Part shown: in pieces, positions 46,441-56,993 of the stretch
Position numbering within the stretch: the first letter of the stretch is position 1
How the letters are laid out: each line of letters opens with the position of its first letter
NCBI GenBank assembly: GCA_965213705.1
Contig: OZ243913.1
Span: 4,128,001-4,192,000 of the forward strand
DNA length: 64,000 nucleotides
Source of the DNA: Trueperaceae bacterium
GTDB taxonomy: Bacteria > Deinococcota > Deinococci > Deinococcales > Trueperaceae
Reading direction: 5' to 3'
Position numbers and translations under genes: made by a program
Notes under the pieces: generated by a model
Told to the model about the DNA's origin: nothing
What the model saw: only the letters and a program-made list of their open reading frames with translations
Database searches by the model: none

Positions 46441-47064
46441 CTACTCGTCGACCGGGCACGTTTTTACGGCCCAAACGGCGTACAGCGGGTCGCTGGCTTG
46501 GGGCGTGTGCTGCCGGGTCGCGACCGGCCCGAAGTGCGGCGCTTGCTTGAAGTAACTTTCAACCAGGCGCAGGTGCGCTTCGTCGTTCGAAGCGCGCCAC
46601 GCGAGGACGGCTTTGGTCGGAAACATGCGGTTTGAAAAGGCCACGACAAAGGGCGCACCCGGTTTTAGAACGCGCGCCACCTCCGAAAACGTGTCGTCGG
46701 GGCGGGTCATGTACTGAATGCTCACGGTACAAACCACGCCGTCGAAGCTGTTGTCTGCAAAAGGCAGCCGGGCTACACGGTTGATGTCTTGGACGACGGC
46801 TTCGTCGACGAGCTTGTTTTCGACCAACTCGGTGCGGTTGAGGCCCAGCCCCACCACGCGGTTGAACTTGTCGGGCAAGTGTGAGTGATAACTCGACATG
46901 AGGTCGAGGACGTTCCCCCCGGCGGGCAACAGCTCGTTGTAAAGACGTTCCGCCGCCCGTGACGCCCCCTCATCTATGTGCTTGACGCGCCGCGGCTCGG
47001 TGTAAAAGAGTGGGTCGGGGCGTTCGTCCAAGCGCCTGAAGAATTCGGGGAAAAGCTTGTTCAT
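46441..47064 (-). CDS. Class I SAM-dependent methyltransferase
   Basis: D..FY..PR.V.HID, VLDLMSSYHSHLP, LPFADNSFD, FSNRMFPTKAV. Confidence 0.9.
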   Translation of the reverse strand: MNKLFPEFFRRLDERPDPLFYTEPRRVKHIDEGASRAAERLYNELLPAGGNVLDLMSSYHSHLPDKFNRVVGLGLNRTELVENKLVDEAVVQDINRVARLPFADNSFDGVVCTVSIQYMTRPDDTFSEVARVLKPGAPFVVAFSNRMFPTKAVLAWRASNDEAHLRLVESYFKQAPHFGPVATRQHTPQASDPLYAVWAVKTCPVDE

Positions 47065-47207
47065 AGTTTACAGCATGACTTTCAAGCGAAGTTTATGCAG
47101 CAAGCCAACACACGTTTGTTTTGTGGTTTTACCCACTATCACGATATTTCTGGGGCCTCGAGCAACCTGGACTTGTTACCTCGGGGCCGAGGCTGCCCCC
47201 TAACTGT

Positions 47208-48116
47208 TCACTCAGTCGAACCCTTATAGGTCTCGTTGTGAGTTTCTTCATAGTCGCTCAAAACGGGTTGCTGGCCCCAGGCGAGCTTGTGCCGCAGGGT
47301 ATCGAAATAGCTGCGCTGGCCCGAAGACACCAGCAAAAAGTCGGTCGGGGCGGCCGACACGGTAAAGCAGTCGCCGGGCTCGAGCGCGAGCCGTTCTTGG
47401 CTGTCGACGATTAAAGCCAACTCTTCAGCTTGCGTTTGCACCGTGCAGGTGACTTTTGAAGAACCCTCGATGACGATGGGCCGGTTGGTGAGCGTGTGCG
47501 GCGCGACCGGCGTGATGACGAAAGCGCGCAGACCCTGGCTGACGATGGGACCGCCGAGCGACAGGGTGTACGCCGTCGAGCCGACCGGCGTCGACACGAC
47601 GAGGCTGTCGGCGCGGTACTGCGTGGCGTGCCGGCCGTCGACGCTCAGGTCCAGGTCGAGCAGCCGGGTCATCACGCCCTGACCGATAAACACCTCGTTC
47701 AGCGCGTAGTGGTGGTCGTCGGAACCGTTCAGCGCGACCTGCAACATCATCTTGGGGCTGAAGTGCCAGCCGTCTGGGGCCGCGCCGGCCAGGTAAGCCC
47801 GCACCTCCGCGGGACTATGCTCTGCCAAAAACCCGAGCTTGCCCAGGTTGACGCCCAGCGTCGGGGTGAGGGTGCCGACGAGTCGGCGCGCGGTCGCCAG
47901 CAGCGTGCCGTCGCCGCCGACGGCGATGATGAGGTTGGCGTTTTTGGCGGTCTCTGCCAAGGGTGCGGTTCCGGGCAAGTCGAGGGTGACGTCGACACCC
48001 AACCCGCGCAAAGACTCGGCGAGTTCGCTCGCCAAAGGGTGCGCGACCGGTTTGAAGCGGCTGCTCGTCACCACGACGCGCTTGAGGTGCGCGGCGGGTG
48101 TGGCGAATTCCGCCAC
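47208..48116 (-). CDS. nadK: NAD+ kinase
   Basis: GGDGTLL, GVNLGKLGFL, ALNE, STPVGSTAYTLSLGGP. Confidence 0.95.
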   Translation of the reverse strand: MAEFATPAAHLKRVVVTSSRFKPVAHPLASELAESLRGLGVDVTLDLPGTAPLAETAKNANLIIAVGGDGTLLATARRLVGTLTPTLGVNLGKLGFLAEHSPAEVRAYLAGAAPDGWHFSPKMMLQVALNGSDDHHYALNEVFIGQGVMTRLLDLDLSVDGRHATQYRADSLVVSTPVGSTAYTLSLGGPIVSQGLRAFVITPVAPHTLTNRPIVIEGSSKVTCTVQTQAEELALIVDSQERLALEPGDCFTVSAAPTDFLLVSSGQRSYFDTLRHKLAWGQQPVLSDYEETHNETYKGSTE

Positions 48117-48117
48117 G

Positions 48118-48789
48118 TCAACCGGCTCGCTGGGCTTGCACGCTTTGCAAGACATGCTCGACGACGCCCTGAAGCGTCAGCCCGCCGGTTTCGACGAGTT
48201 GGGCGTCCGGGGCCGGGGCAAGCTGGGCGGCGTCCAGGCCGTCGCGCCGCCGCAGCGCCGCGGCGACGTCGGCCAGCGTGGCGGCGCGTTCGCCCACCCG
48301 GCGCGTGGCGCGCACCTCGGCGGGCGCGGTGAGGTAGAACTTGTGCGTGGCCGCCGGAAACACCACCGAGCCCATGTCCCGGCCTTCGATAACGAACGAA
48401 CCCGCCACGTCGCGCAGCCGCTCGCGCACCCAGTCCCGAACGCGCGGGTGTTTCGCCACCGCCGAGACGTTCTCGTCCACGTCGTCGGTGTGGAGGGCGG
48501 CGCTCACGTCCGCGCCGCCGACGAGCACGCGGTTGGGCTGGACGGGCAGGGCTTGCAAGACGACGTGGCGTGCGTTCAGCAGCGCGAGCACCGCCGCCTC
48601 GTCGTCCGGGTCTGTTTCGGCTTCTAAGACGAGCAGCGTCGCCGCCCGGTAAAGCAGGCCGCTCGAGACAAACGGGACGTGGAGCGCGTCCGCCACCGCC
48701 CGCGCCACGCTCGACTTGCCCGAGGCCGCGGGTCCGTCGATGGTGATGATGAGGGGTTGCGGTAAAGAGTGCTGCAGGTTTTCCTTCAC
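48118..48789 (-). CDS. cmk: Cytidylate kinase
   Basis: ITIDGPAASGKSS, SGLLYRA, EGRDMGSVVFP. Confidence 0.95.
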   Translation of the reverse strand: MKENLQHSLPQPLIITIDGPAASGKSSVARAVADALHVPFVSSGLLYRAATLLVLEAETDPDDEAAVLALLNARHVVLQALPVQPNRVLVGGADVSAALHTDDVDENVSAVAKHPRVRDWVRERLRDVAGSFVIEGRDMGSVVFPAATHKFYLTAPAEVRATRRVGERAATLADVAAALRRRDGLDAAQLAPAPDAQLVETGGLTLQGVVEHVLQSVQAQRAG

Positions 48790-48793
48790 GCCC

Positions 48794-50080
48794 CTATTCT
48801 AACGCGCCCAAAACCTCAAAAAACTCAGGGAACGTCTTGGCGACGCAGGCGGGGTCGCGAATCGTCACGTTCTCCACGCGCAGACCCGCCAGCGCGAAGG
48901 CCATCGCCATGCGGTGGTCGCCGTAGGTGTTCACCTCGACCCTTTTGGGCGTCTCACGTAAAGGCTGAACGACGATAAAGTCGTCACCCTCTTCAACCTG
49001 AGCCCCGAACTTTTTCAACTCGGCGTGCAGCGCGGACAAGCGGTCGGTCTCTTTGATGCGCAGGTTCCAGACGTTCTCAATCCGCACCGGTTGGCAAGCA
49101 AAAAGCGCCACCACCGCGAGCGTCTGCGCCTGGTCGGGCATGTCGTTCAGGTCGAAGGTGCCGCCCATTAGCTCGCCCGGCGGCGGCCCGACGACCTCGC
49201 AGGTGTCGGGCGTCCAAACCACCGTGCAGCCCATTTTCTCCAGCACCTCGGCCAGCCGCTTGTCGCCCTGGACGGACGCCGCGCCGACGTTTTGGACCTT
49301 GACGCGCCCGCCGGTCACCGCCGCCGCCGCCCAGAAGTAGCCCGCCGCCATCGCGTCGCCTTCGACGAGGTAGTCCCTGGGCTCATACACCGCCGGGTGA
49401 ACGGTAAAGGTTTCGTAACCGCGGCGCTCGAGGCCCACACCGAAGTCCGCCATGAGTTTGACCGTCATGTCGATAAACGGTTTCGACTGCAACTCGCCCG
49501 TGACGCGCACCGTGACGGGATTTTCAGCGTAGGGCGCGGTCATGAGCAGGGCCGACAAGTATTGAGAAGAACGCTCGCCCGAAATCGTCGTTTCACCGCC
49601 CCTGAGTCCCGCGGCCTCGACGACGACCGGCGGGCTACCCGTTTCGAAGCGAGTGCCGGTCGTCACGCCCAAAGGCTTCAGCGCGCTCAGCAGGTCCTGG
49701 ATGGGGCGCTGCCGCATCCGTTCGGTGCCGTCCAGGACGTAGCGACCCCGGCCGAGCGCGACGAGCGCGGTGAGAAAGCGAACCGAAGTACCCGACAAGC
49801 GCAGGTCAAGTTCGACGTTCGCGTTCGGGATGCGCCCGCCCCGACCGTGAACCGTAAACGTCGTCCCGTCCACCTCGACCTCAATCCCCAAGTCGGTGAG
49901 CGCCCTGACCATCACCTCGGAGTCTTCGGCGACGAGGCCGCCGCGGAGCGTGGTGACGCCGCCGGCCAGCGCCGCGACAACAAGGGCGCGGTTGGTGAGG
50001 CTTTTCGAGCCGGGGACGCTCAAGGTCTTGTCCACGCGGACGGGGGGTTTCACGGTCAAGGTGTCGGGATAGGTGAGCAC
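48794..50080 (-). CDS. aroA: EPSP synthase
   Basis: PGSKSLTNRAL, SSQYLSALL, LRIKETDRL, DHRMAMAF, KTFPEFF. Confidence 0.97.
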   Translation of the reverse strand: MLTYPDTLTVKPPVRVDKTLSVPGSKSLTNRALVVAALAGGVTTLRGGLVAEDSEVMVRALTDLGIEVEVDGTTFTVHGRGGRIPNANVELDLRLSGTSVRFLTALVALGRGRYVLDGTERMRQRPIQDLLSALKPLGVTTGTRFETGSPPVVVEAAGLRGGETTISGERSSQYLSALLMTAPYAENPVTVRVTGELQSKPFIDMTVKLMADFGVGLERRGYETFTVHPAVYEPRDYLVEGDAMAAGYFWAAAAVTGGRVKVQNVGAASVQGDKRLAEVLEKMGCTVVWTPDTCEVVGPPPGELMGGTFDLNDMPDQAQTLAVVALFACQPVRIENVWNLRIKETDRLSALHAELKKFGAQVEEGDDFIVVQPLRETPKRVEVNTYGDHRMAMAFALAGLRVENVTIRDPACVAKTFPEFFEVLGALE

Positions 50081-50125
50081 AACCCCGGCAGGATACCACT
50101 CCCCAAGCCGTACACTGGGGTTTGC

Positions 50126-51052
50126 ATGGGTTTCAAGTCTTCAGCTTCCAAGCCTTCGAGTTTCAAACCTCCAGCCGCCGAATCAAATCAGGTGCTCATC
50201 AAGCCGCCGGTTTCGAAGTACGTCATGCTCGCCGGCCTGCGGCTGCACTACCTGGCGGCAGGTGCCGCGGGGCCGCCCCTGCTCCTCCTGCACGGCACCG
50301 CCCTCGACTCCGGCCTGCTGAGCTACGGCGCGCTGCTGCCCGAGTTGGCCGAGCGTTTTCAGGTTTTCGCGCTCGACTGGCCCGGCTACGGCGACAGCGA
50401 CAAACCCAGGCTCGAGTACACGATGAACTTTTACAACGACGTCCTGCAGGGATTCGTCGACCGTTTGGGCTTTGAAAAGGTCAACATCGCCGCCTTTTCG
50501 ATGGGCGGGGCCGTGGCGCTGCGCTTCGCCCTGGAGCGCCCCGAACGCCTCGGCAAACTCGCGCTCATCAGCAGTTACGGCCTGGGCGCAACCCTTCACC
50601 TGCCGGTGGTGCCCCGCGTTCTTTTGAAAATTCCCGGCGTCGCCAACTTCGTGTGGCGTCAGCTCAGGACGCGGGGCGGTTTGCTGAGCTGGCTCGTCAA
50701 ACACCTCGTTTTCGGTCGCGCCGAGGTTGTTACGCCGGTCATGCTGGACGACGTTCGGGCGCAGCTCGAGTTGGAGGGTTTGCAGTACGCCTTTACAAAC
50801 TGGTTGGGCGGCGAACTCAGGCCGTGGCGCTTGGCGACCGACTTGCGCCGCAAGCTCGGCGACCTCGGAGCCGAAACCCTGCTGCTCCACGGCACCCGCG
50901 ACCTCGTCATTCCCGCCTACCGCTCGCGCCGCGCCGCAAAACTGCTCCCGAACGCGCGCTTGCATTTGATAAAAGGCGCAGGCCACTGGCTGCCGCGCGA
51001 AGCGCCGGACGAGGTGTTGGCGGCGTTGCTCGAGTTCTTCGGAAAGCCTTGA
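50126..51052 (+). CDS. Alpha/beta hydrolase
   Basis: LLLHG, DWPGYGDS, FSMGG nucleophile elbow, HGTRD, AGHW. Confidence 0.9.
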   Translation: MGFKSSASKPSSFKPPAAESNQVLIKPPVSKYVMLAGLRLHYLAAGAAGPPLLLLHGTALDSGLLSYGALLPELAERFQVFALDWPGYGDSDKPRLEYTMNFYNDVLQGFVDRLGFEKVNIAAFSMGGAVALRFALERPERLGKLALISSYGLGATLHLPVVPRVLLKIPGVANFVWRQLRTRGGLLSWLVKHLVFGRAEVVTPVMLDDVRAQLELEGLQYAFTNWLGGELRPWRLATDLRRKLGDLGAETLLLHGTRDLVIPAYRSRRAAKLLPNARLHLIKGAGHWLPREAPDEVLAALLEFFGKP

Positions 51053-51108
51053 CGAAAACGCACCTCGAACTTTCTCGTCGTCTACGAAATCATCGTCCAA
51101 AAACCGAT

Positions 51109-53010
51109 TTAGGGCGCTGTCGCTGTAGGCTGCTCGGGCACGCAGGGCACGTCCGCCGGACGCCGCTCGCCCCGCCGCTCGTAGACGCGCATCAGGCCGC
51201 GGGGTTCGGAGACGTAAACGAGGTCGTAGGGCTGCAGTTGCTCGAGCAGACCTGCAATGTCGTCTGCCAACCTTTCAAACGGTCCCCAAAACAGCACGTA
51301 GTCGACCGTGCACCCCGTCTCGGCCTCGTACCTGGAGAGGTCGATGCTGAAGGGCGGATATTCCAGGTGGCTTAGGCCGTCGCTCGTCTTGTCGGGAACG
51401 CTTTCCGAAGTCAGGTAGAGGTCGGGGCTCAGCTCGGGGCGCAGCCGCAGCGGGAAGTAGTCTTTGCGCGCCTGGTAGTTGCGCAAGTCCACGATGGTGC
51501 GCTCCAGGGCGATGTACCCCGTCGCGCCGATAAAGGGGCTCAGGCGCATTTCGGGAACCATCTCGGCGAGTCCGTTTTCCAGACTCGCGTCGCGGTTGTA
51601 GTTGTTGATGGGAATCGCCAGCACCGTCGAGTTGTCGTCGATGCTCTGCGCCGCCGACACGTATTCTTTGAGGTCGTAGTTGAAGGTCGCGTAGACGGGC
51701 AGGTGGTAGAGCAGACTCGCGGCGGCGAAGGCGAAGCCCAGAAGGGCCGCGTGTTGCCACAGGCGTGGCGTCAGGGGCTTGCTCGAGAGCCACAGCACGA
51801 ACAACAGGTACAAAAAGGGTAAAAAGCGCTCGGTCAACAAACCCACTTCGCCCAACCTGCGCGGCGACCACAACACCACGAGCGCGAACACGACGACCGC
51901 CGGCAAAATCAGGTCGCCGAAACCGCGTTCGCGCGGGCGCGTGCCTACAAACGTCCGGTAAAGGGCCACGCCCGCGAGCACCAGAAACAGCAGGTTCCAG
52001 GGCAGGGTGGCGAACGCGTCCGCGTAGGTGTACGTCGTCAGGACGCGTTCGCCGACTTCAAAGGGCGACGACGGCTGCGTCAAAAAGGTGCGAACCATCG
52101 TCGGCACGCCCACGAAGTTGGACAACGACGCGTCCGAGGTGGAGTCCCGGCCCGTCGTCAGGAAAAAAGCGCCGATGAGAACCACGACGGGCACAAAGGT
52201 GAGCACCGTAGCGCCGAACTCGAGCCACCCGGACCTCGTGTACAGGCCGCGCCGCACTGTCCGGTTGTCAGCAACGCTCGGGGGCTCGGCAGACGCCTGT
52301 TGGGGTTCACCCTGTTGAGTTTCGTCACGCCCTTCACCCGCGAAAGCGAGCAGCCTGAAAGCGGCCATGACCCCAATCGCCAACAGCGCGCTCGCCGCCG
52401 CGACCACGTGGACGAAGTAGGACAGGAGTAAAAGAAGCGCCACACCGACACCCTTTGCCAGCGTGGGCCGCTGCGCAAAAGAAAAGTAAACCCCTACCGT
52501 AACCGTAAAGACGACCAGCCCCAGCGCCAGGTTGTAAAGCCCCAGCAGCACGATGTAGGAGTAGATAAAGGGGAAAACCAAAAAAACCGCCAGCGCGTTG
52601 CCCCGCACGCGCCGGACGGCGAACAAAACGGCCAGGGGCAGCGCCACGACGTAAAAACTCAGGATGAGCTTTTCCGCCGTCAAGAGCGGCATGATCGAAC
52701 CCAAAACGACCAACAGACCGTGGTAAAGCTGGTTGGTCGCGACGCGCCACTGTGGGTAAAAAAAGGTGCTCAAAAAGGGCGCGTCGCCCTGCGCAAGCTC
52801 CTCGAGCACGGCTGCCGACCCCAGGTGAACGGGACCGTCGGCGGTCGGAAAATAGGTAAAAAGCCAGAGCGGCAGCAGGTAAAGCAGCGTCAAAAATGCA
52901 AAGTAGAGCACCCAAACAAAGCCCGAACGCCGACTGCGGTGACCTTTGTGGTGACCTTTCAAACGCTTCCCCCATTTCTTGCTCGTGACGCGTCCCAAAG
53001 GGCCGAGCAC
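51109..53010 (-). CDS. Polytopic membrane protein (GT-C-like), paralog of 53548-55251
   Basis: PLWLFTYFPTADGPVHL, many TM helices, NYQ...YFPL, VDYVLFWG; start uncertain. Confidence 0.7.
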   Translation of the reverse strand: MLGPLGRVTSKKWGKRLKGHHKGHRSRRSGFVWVLYFAFLTLLYLLPLWLFTYFPTADGPVHLGSAAVLEELAQGDAPFLSTFFYPQWRVATNQLYHGLLVVLGSIMPLLTAEKLILSFYVVALPLAVLFAVRRVRGNALAVFLVFPFIYSYIVLLGLYNLALGLVVFTVTVGVYFSFAQRPTLAKGVGVALLLLLSYFVHVVAAASALLAIGVMAAFRLLAFAGEGRDETQQGEPQQASAEPPSVADNRTVRRGLYTRSGWLEFGATVLTFVPVVVLIGAFFLTTGRDSTSDASLSNFVGVPTMVRTFLTQPSSPFEVGERVLTTYTYADAFATLPWNLLFLVLAGVALYRTFVGTRPRERGFGDLILPAVVVFALVVLWSPRRLGEVGLLTERFLPFLYLLFVLWLSSKPLTPRLWQHAALLGFAFAAASLLYHLPVYATFNYDLKEYVSAAQSIDDNSTVLAIPINNYNRDASLENGLAEMVPEMRLSPFIGATGYIALERTIVDLRNYQARKDYFPLRLRPELSPDLYLTSESVPDKTSDGLSHLEYPPFSIDLSRYEAETGCTVDYVLFWGPFERLADDIAGLLEQLQPYDLVYVSEPRGLMRVYERRGERRPADVPCVPEQPTATAP

Positions 53011-53547
53011 GACTAGCTTGTTTGAGACACCTGAGTCCGCAGGGTGAGCGGGATGTCTCGGCGCTGCACCGGAGTGTTCAACTGTTTTTCTGGGTTGCCG
53101 CAGCCCAAGCGCCGGTTCAGCGCGCCGCTCCCTACCGGACTATACCGCATGTCACCAGGAGGGTTGAAAAGCTCGAGCGGTTACGGTGAGTCGGCTCTTC
53201 TCAGGGCGGCGGGCGTGAGCTTTTTTATCCGGCACCGAAAGAAAATCTTGTATCTTGTGACGTAGGCCGTTGCGGGTCGGGGCAGACCGCGCATAAACTC
53301 CAGTCGGTAAGGTGTCGGGACCAGCGTTCCGTCAAGCTTGGATTTCAAACTGAGAGGGGGGCTTTTGAGCACTGTTTGGTCGTCACCATTTGGTTCCAAC
53401 AAGGGTTATAGATTCTCCAGCAGCTTTGAGCCCGCCACGGCGACGCGTCCATGATGCAAGACCGAGGTCCGAAGCGAGGTTTTACAACCCTTTTAGGTCG
53501 TGCGCCCCTTATGCCTATGCAAAGTATTTCCGTGCGAACTAAACATC

Positions 53548-55251
53548 ATGCAAAATAGGTGGGCACACCAGTTGCCCGCGAGGGTTGAACCTGTCACGCG
53601 TTACGACAATTACGTCATCCTCGGCTTGTTTGTAGGTCTGGGCGCCGTCTCATTGTTGCCCGTTTGGTTGTTCGCTTACTTTCCCAGCCAGGATGGCCCC
53701 GCTCACCTGGGGTCGGCGGCCGTGCTCAGGGCGCTGAGTGAGGGGAGTTCGGCGCTCGGAGCTGTCTACATGGCCCAGTGGGACGCCAACACCAACCAGG
53801 TTTACTTTTTGCTGCTGCAGGCTCTGGGTAAAGTTTTGCCCCTTTTGGTAGCGGAAAAAGTGGTGCTCAGCCTGTTCGTGCTCGGCTTGCCCCTCGCCAG
53901 TTTGGGGGCGGTCCGCATGGTCAAGGGTTCGCCTTACGCGGCATTGCTCAGTTTCCCTCTCGTCTACACCCTGCCCATATACATGGGCTTTTTCAACTTC
54001 TGCCTGAGCCTACCCCTGTTCGTCTTGAGCGTCGGCTGCTACGCCGCCTTCGCCGCAGCGCCCTCCCGAATCAAGGGGCTCGGGTTGGCGGGGCTGCTGC
54101 TCCTGCTGTACCTGACCCACATCGTCGCGGCGGTCAGCGCCATGCTGGTCGTTTTTTCTGCGACCCTGGTGCGGCTCTGCCAACCGCGGCCGCGGCGCGA
54201 GCGGCTCGAGCAGGGGGCGGCCCTCCTCAGCGTCGCGCCCACCGGCGTCCTCGTCGCGGTGTTCTTGCTCCTGTTCAGACAGTCGGCCGAAGCGAGCGGC
54301 CCTGAACGGAGCGCGCTGGCCCGGATAGGTGACTTTTTTTCACACTCTTTCGCGCTCGTGAACGAGCCCCTGTCTCCCTACGCCAAGCTGGTTTACCTGC
54401 TCGAGCCCTTCGCCAGGGCCGACCGCCTGTACACGTTGCCCCTGTTCGGTTTGCTGCTGGGCTTGTTCGTTTTCGGTGTGATTAAGGTTACCCGAACGCG
54501 CACGTGGCGGCGGCACCTGCCGCTGTTTACCGCGACCTGCCTGTTCGTCCTGCTGTTGGCCGTAGCGCCGGGTCGCTACGGCGCGCTCGGCTGGTTGCCG
54601 GGGCGGCTGTCGCCGCTGGTCGGTTTGGTCTTTTTGCTGTGGCTGGCGACGCTTGCCCTACCTGCCGCTCTGTGGCGGCTGACGGCGGTGGGGGTCGCGG
54701 TCGTTACTGTCCTGTCGGTGAGCTACCGCCTGCCCGTCCACCAGCAACTGAACGCGGTTATAGAGGAGTACGTCGCGGCCGCGGCGGTCGTGCCCGCGGG
54801 CGCGGTGGCGTTGCCGCTGCACTTGGAAGAGCGCTACCAGGCCGAGGGGCTCAAACCCGTGCTGGGCAGGGCGAGGTTCAACGCCTTCGAGCACGCCGCG
54901 AGCTACGCCAACCTGGAACGTCCCTTCGCCAACCTGCGCAACTTCGAGCCGGAGCGCCCGTATTTTCCCCTGCAGTACCGGCCTGGCAGAGACCCCAACA
55001 TCTACCTCAGCCCCGACCAGCAACTCAGCCGTTTCGAACAGCGCCCGCTGCACCTCAGCTTGGCCGCTTATGAGGCGCGCACGGGCGTGCGCGTCGACTA
55101 CGTGCTCGTCTGGGGAAGGGTTGAAAAGGTCAGTTCCCAGCCGGACGTCGTCGACCTGTACAACCAACTGGACAGCGATTATGAGTTGGTTTCGACCTCG
55201 AGCCCCAGAGGGCTCCTGCACGTCTACCGGCACCGCGCCAGCCTCAACTAA
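53548..55251 (+). CDS. Polytopic membrane protein (GT-C-like), paralog of 51109-53010
   Basis: PVWLFAYFPSQDGPAHL, GFFNF, NFE...YFPLQY, VDYVLVWG. Confidence 0.7.
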   Translation: MQNRWAHQLPARVEPVTRYDNYVILGLFVGLGAVSLLPVWLFAYFPSQDGPAHLGSAAVLRALSEGSSALGAVYMAQWDANTNQVYFLLLQALGKVLPLLVAEKVVLSLFVLGLPLASLGAVRMVKGSPYAALLSFPLVYTLPIYMGFFNFCLSLPLFVLSVGCYAAFAAAPSRIKGLGLAGLLLLLYLTHIVAAVSAMLVVFSATLVRLCQPRPRRERLEQGAALLSVAPTGVLVAVFLLLFRQSAEASGPERSALARIGDFFSHSFALVNEPLSPYAKLVYLLEPFARADRLYTLPLFGLLLGLFVFGVIKVTRTRTWRRHLPLFTATCLFVLLLAVAPGRYGALGWLPGRLSPLVGLVFLLWLATLALPAALWRLTAVGVAVVTVLSVSYRLPVHQQLNAVIEEYVAAAAVVPAGAVALPLHLEERYQAEGLKPVLGRARFNAFEHAASYANLERPFANLRNFEPERPYFPLQYRPGRDPNIYLSPDQQLSRFEQRPLHLSLAAYEARTGVRVDYVLVWGRVEKVSSQPDVVDLYNQLDSDYELVSTSSPRGLLHVYRHRASLN

Positions 55252-55261
55252 GGAGCAAGCT

Positions 55262-56707
55262 ATGCTCAAGTCTGACAAACGCCTCTCGCTCCTCGTCTGG
55301 GCGCTGCTGCTCGGCTCGACCGCGCTGATTTTCCTGCTCGGCCAGGTGCGCTACTTCGACCACGACGAGTTCGAGGCGCTGCACACCGCCTGGAAGATGT
55401 TCAGCGGCGAGGTGATTTACACCGACTTTCTGCAACACCACCACCCCTTTTTGTACTATCTCCTGCAGCCGCTTTACCACCTGTTCGGCGCGGGCGTACC
55501 GGTTATCTTGGCCGCGCGCGTCGGTGCCGCCGCGCTGCTCACCGTGACCCTGGGTGTGACTTACCTCATCGCTTTCGAGCTGTACCGCGACCGGCTCGTC
55601 GCCCTGACGAGCGCTTTCTTTCTCGCCGGCTTCGCCCTGTACGTTGACAAGATGTTAGAGGTCAGGCCCGACGTGCCCATGAGCCTGCTGGCGCTGCTGG
55701 GCACCTACTGCGTGCTGCGGGCGCAGCGGACGCGGCAGCGCTGGCTGTTGGCGCTCGGCGGCCTGCTGTTCGGACTGGCGTTTATGTTTTTGCAAAAGGC
55801 GATTGTGCTGCTGTTCGCCGTCGGCGTGGTGCTCTTGGCGCGGCTGTTCACCCGACAACTGCGCTTCGTCGACTTACTGGTCTTCGGCGGCGCGGTGTTA
55901 GTGCCCGTTCTTCCCTACGCTTTTCACCTGCTGGCGACGGGACGGCTCGAGACCTTTCTCTTTTACAATTTCACCTTCAACACCCTTTACTACCGGCTGC
56001 GCGGCTGGGAAGTTTACAAGCTTATCGACAACGTCAGCACCCTGTACAAGTACAACGTCATCGTCGTCGCCCTGTTTCTGTACGCGGCTTTCTTTTTGCC
56101 CAAAAAGCGGCTCGAGTGGGAACTGCTCGTCTTTGTCGCGGGCGTGCTCGGCTTCACCTTGCTGACCGGACGCCACAACCCCCAGTACTACATCCTGGCG
56201 TTTCCCTTTATGGCGGTGCTGGCGGCTCGAGCCTTTTGGGGCGTGTTGCGGCCGCGGCCGGCCGTGGCGGCGCTGCTGCTGCTCGTCATCGTCTATGGCA
56301 CCCTGGACAGGGACCACGGGTACTTGGTGGCGGGGAGCGGCACGAACGCTGGGCAGCTCGAGCAGGTCGAACACGTGTTGGCCTTGACCGAGCCCGACGA
56401 CTACGTCTACGACGGCAACATCACCTTCAACTTGTTCCGCCGCGACATCGGCTTCGTGTGGTGGATGACCGGCGAGCCTTACAAGGCGATTCAAACGCTG
56501 GAAGAGTTGAGAGACTACGACTACGACGTTTACGAGCTTATCGCGGAGTACCAGCCCAAAATCATCAGCGACTTCGGAATACCCGACATGAGCCGACCCG
56601 TCATCGCCGACCACTACGTCCAGGACGAAGTTTTCCCGGACCTTTACGTGCGCGTGTCGGCTGCCGGCGGCGACGAGCGCGCGGAGGGCGGGCAAAAAAG
56701 CCCCTAG
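55262..56707 (+). CDS. ArnT/GT39-like membrane glycosyltransferase
   Basis: DHDEFE..H, YTDFLQHHHP, EVRPD, multiple TM helices. Confidence 0.8.
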   Translation: MLKSDKRLSLLVWALLLGSTALIFLLGQVRYFDHDEFEALHTAWKMFSGEVIYTDFLQHHHPFLYYLLQPLYHLFGAGVPVILAARVGAAALLTVTLGVTYLIAFELYRDRLVALTSAFFLAGFALYVDKMLEVRPDVPMSLLALLGTYCVLRAQRTRQRWLLALGGLLFGLAFMFLQKAIVLLFAVGVVLLARLFTRQLRFVDLLVFGGAVLVPVLPYAFHLLATGRLETFLFYNFTFNTLYYRLRGWEVYKLIDNVSTLYKYNVIVVALFLYAAFFLPKKRLEWELLVFVAGVLGFTLLTGRHNPQYYILAFPFMAVLAARAFWGVLRPRPAVAALLLLVIVYGTLDRDHGYLVAGSGTNAGQLEQVEHVLALTEPDDYVYDGNITFNLFRRDIGFVWWMTGEPYKAIQTLEELRDYDYDVYELIAEYQPKIISDFGIPDMSRPVIADHYVQDEVFPDLYVRVSAAGGDERAEGGQKSP

Positions 56708-56993
56708 AGAACTGTGAAGGCTGCAGCTCTCAAATTCTACAGGCAGTTGAGACGGCAGCGTTGCGGCCTCGTTTGTAAGTCCCTCGGTCCAAAAGGCGAC
56801 CTCTCTTGTCAAGGGGGCAAGGTCGACAGCCGTTTTGTTCGGTTTTTTATACCCTTTCCCTTTGTTCCCTTAGAAATAAATCACGAGTGGAGCGAGAAGA
56901 AACGGATACGAATTCCAATAGGGAAGCGAATAGTTTTAAGGTTTATGAGCTGTATTGTCGAAATCCATGTCAGCTGTAGGGTCGGAATCCGTT

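Noticed and set aside
49292..50125. N-terminal half of the 586-aa ORF 49292-51052, and the similar extensions 55070-55261, 23505-23729 and 8754-9134
   Set aside because: They overlap well-supported genes in other frames or strands; real starts are better placed at 50126, 55262, 23730 and 9135.
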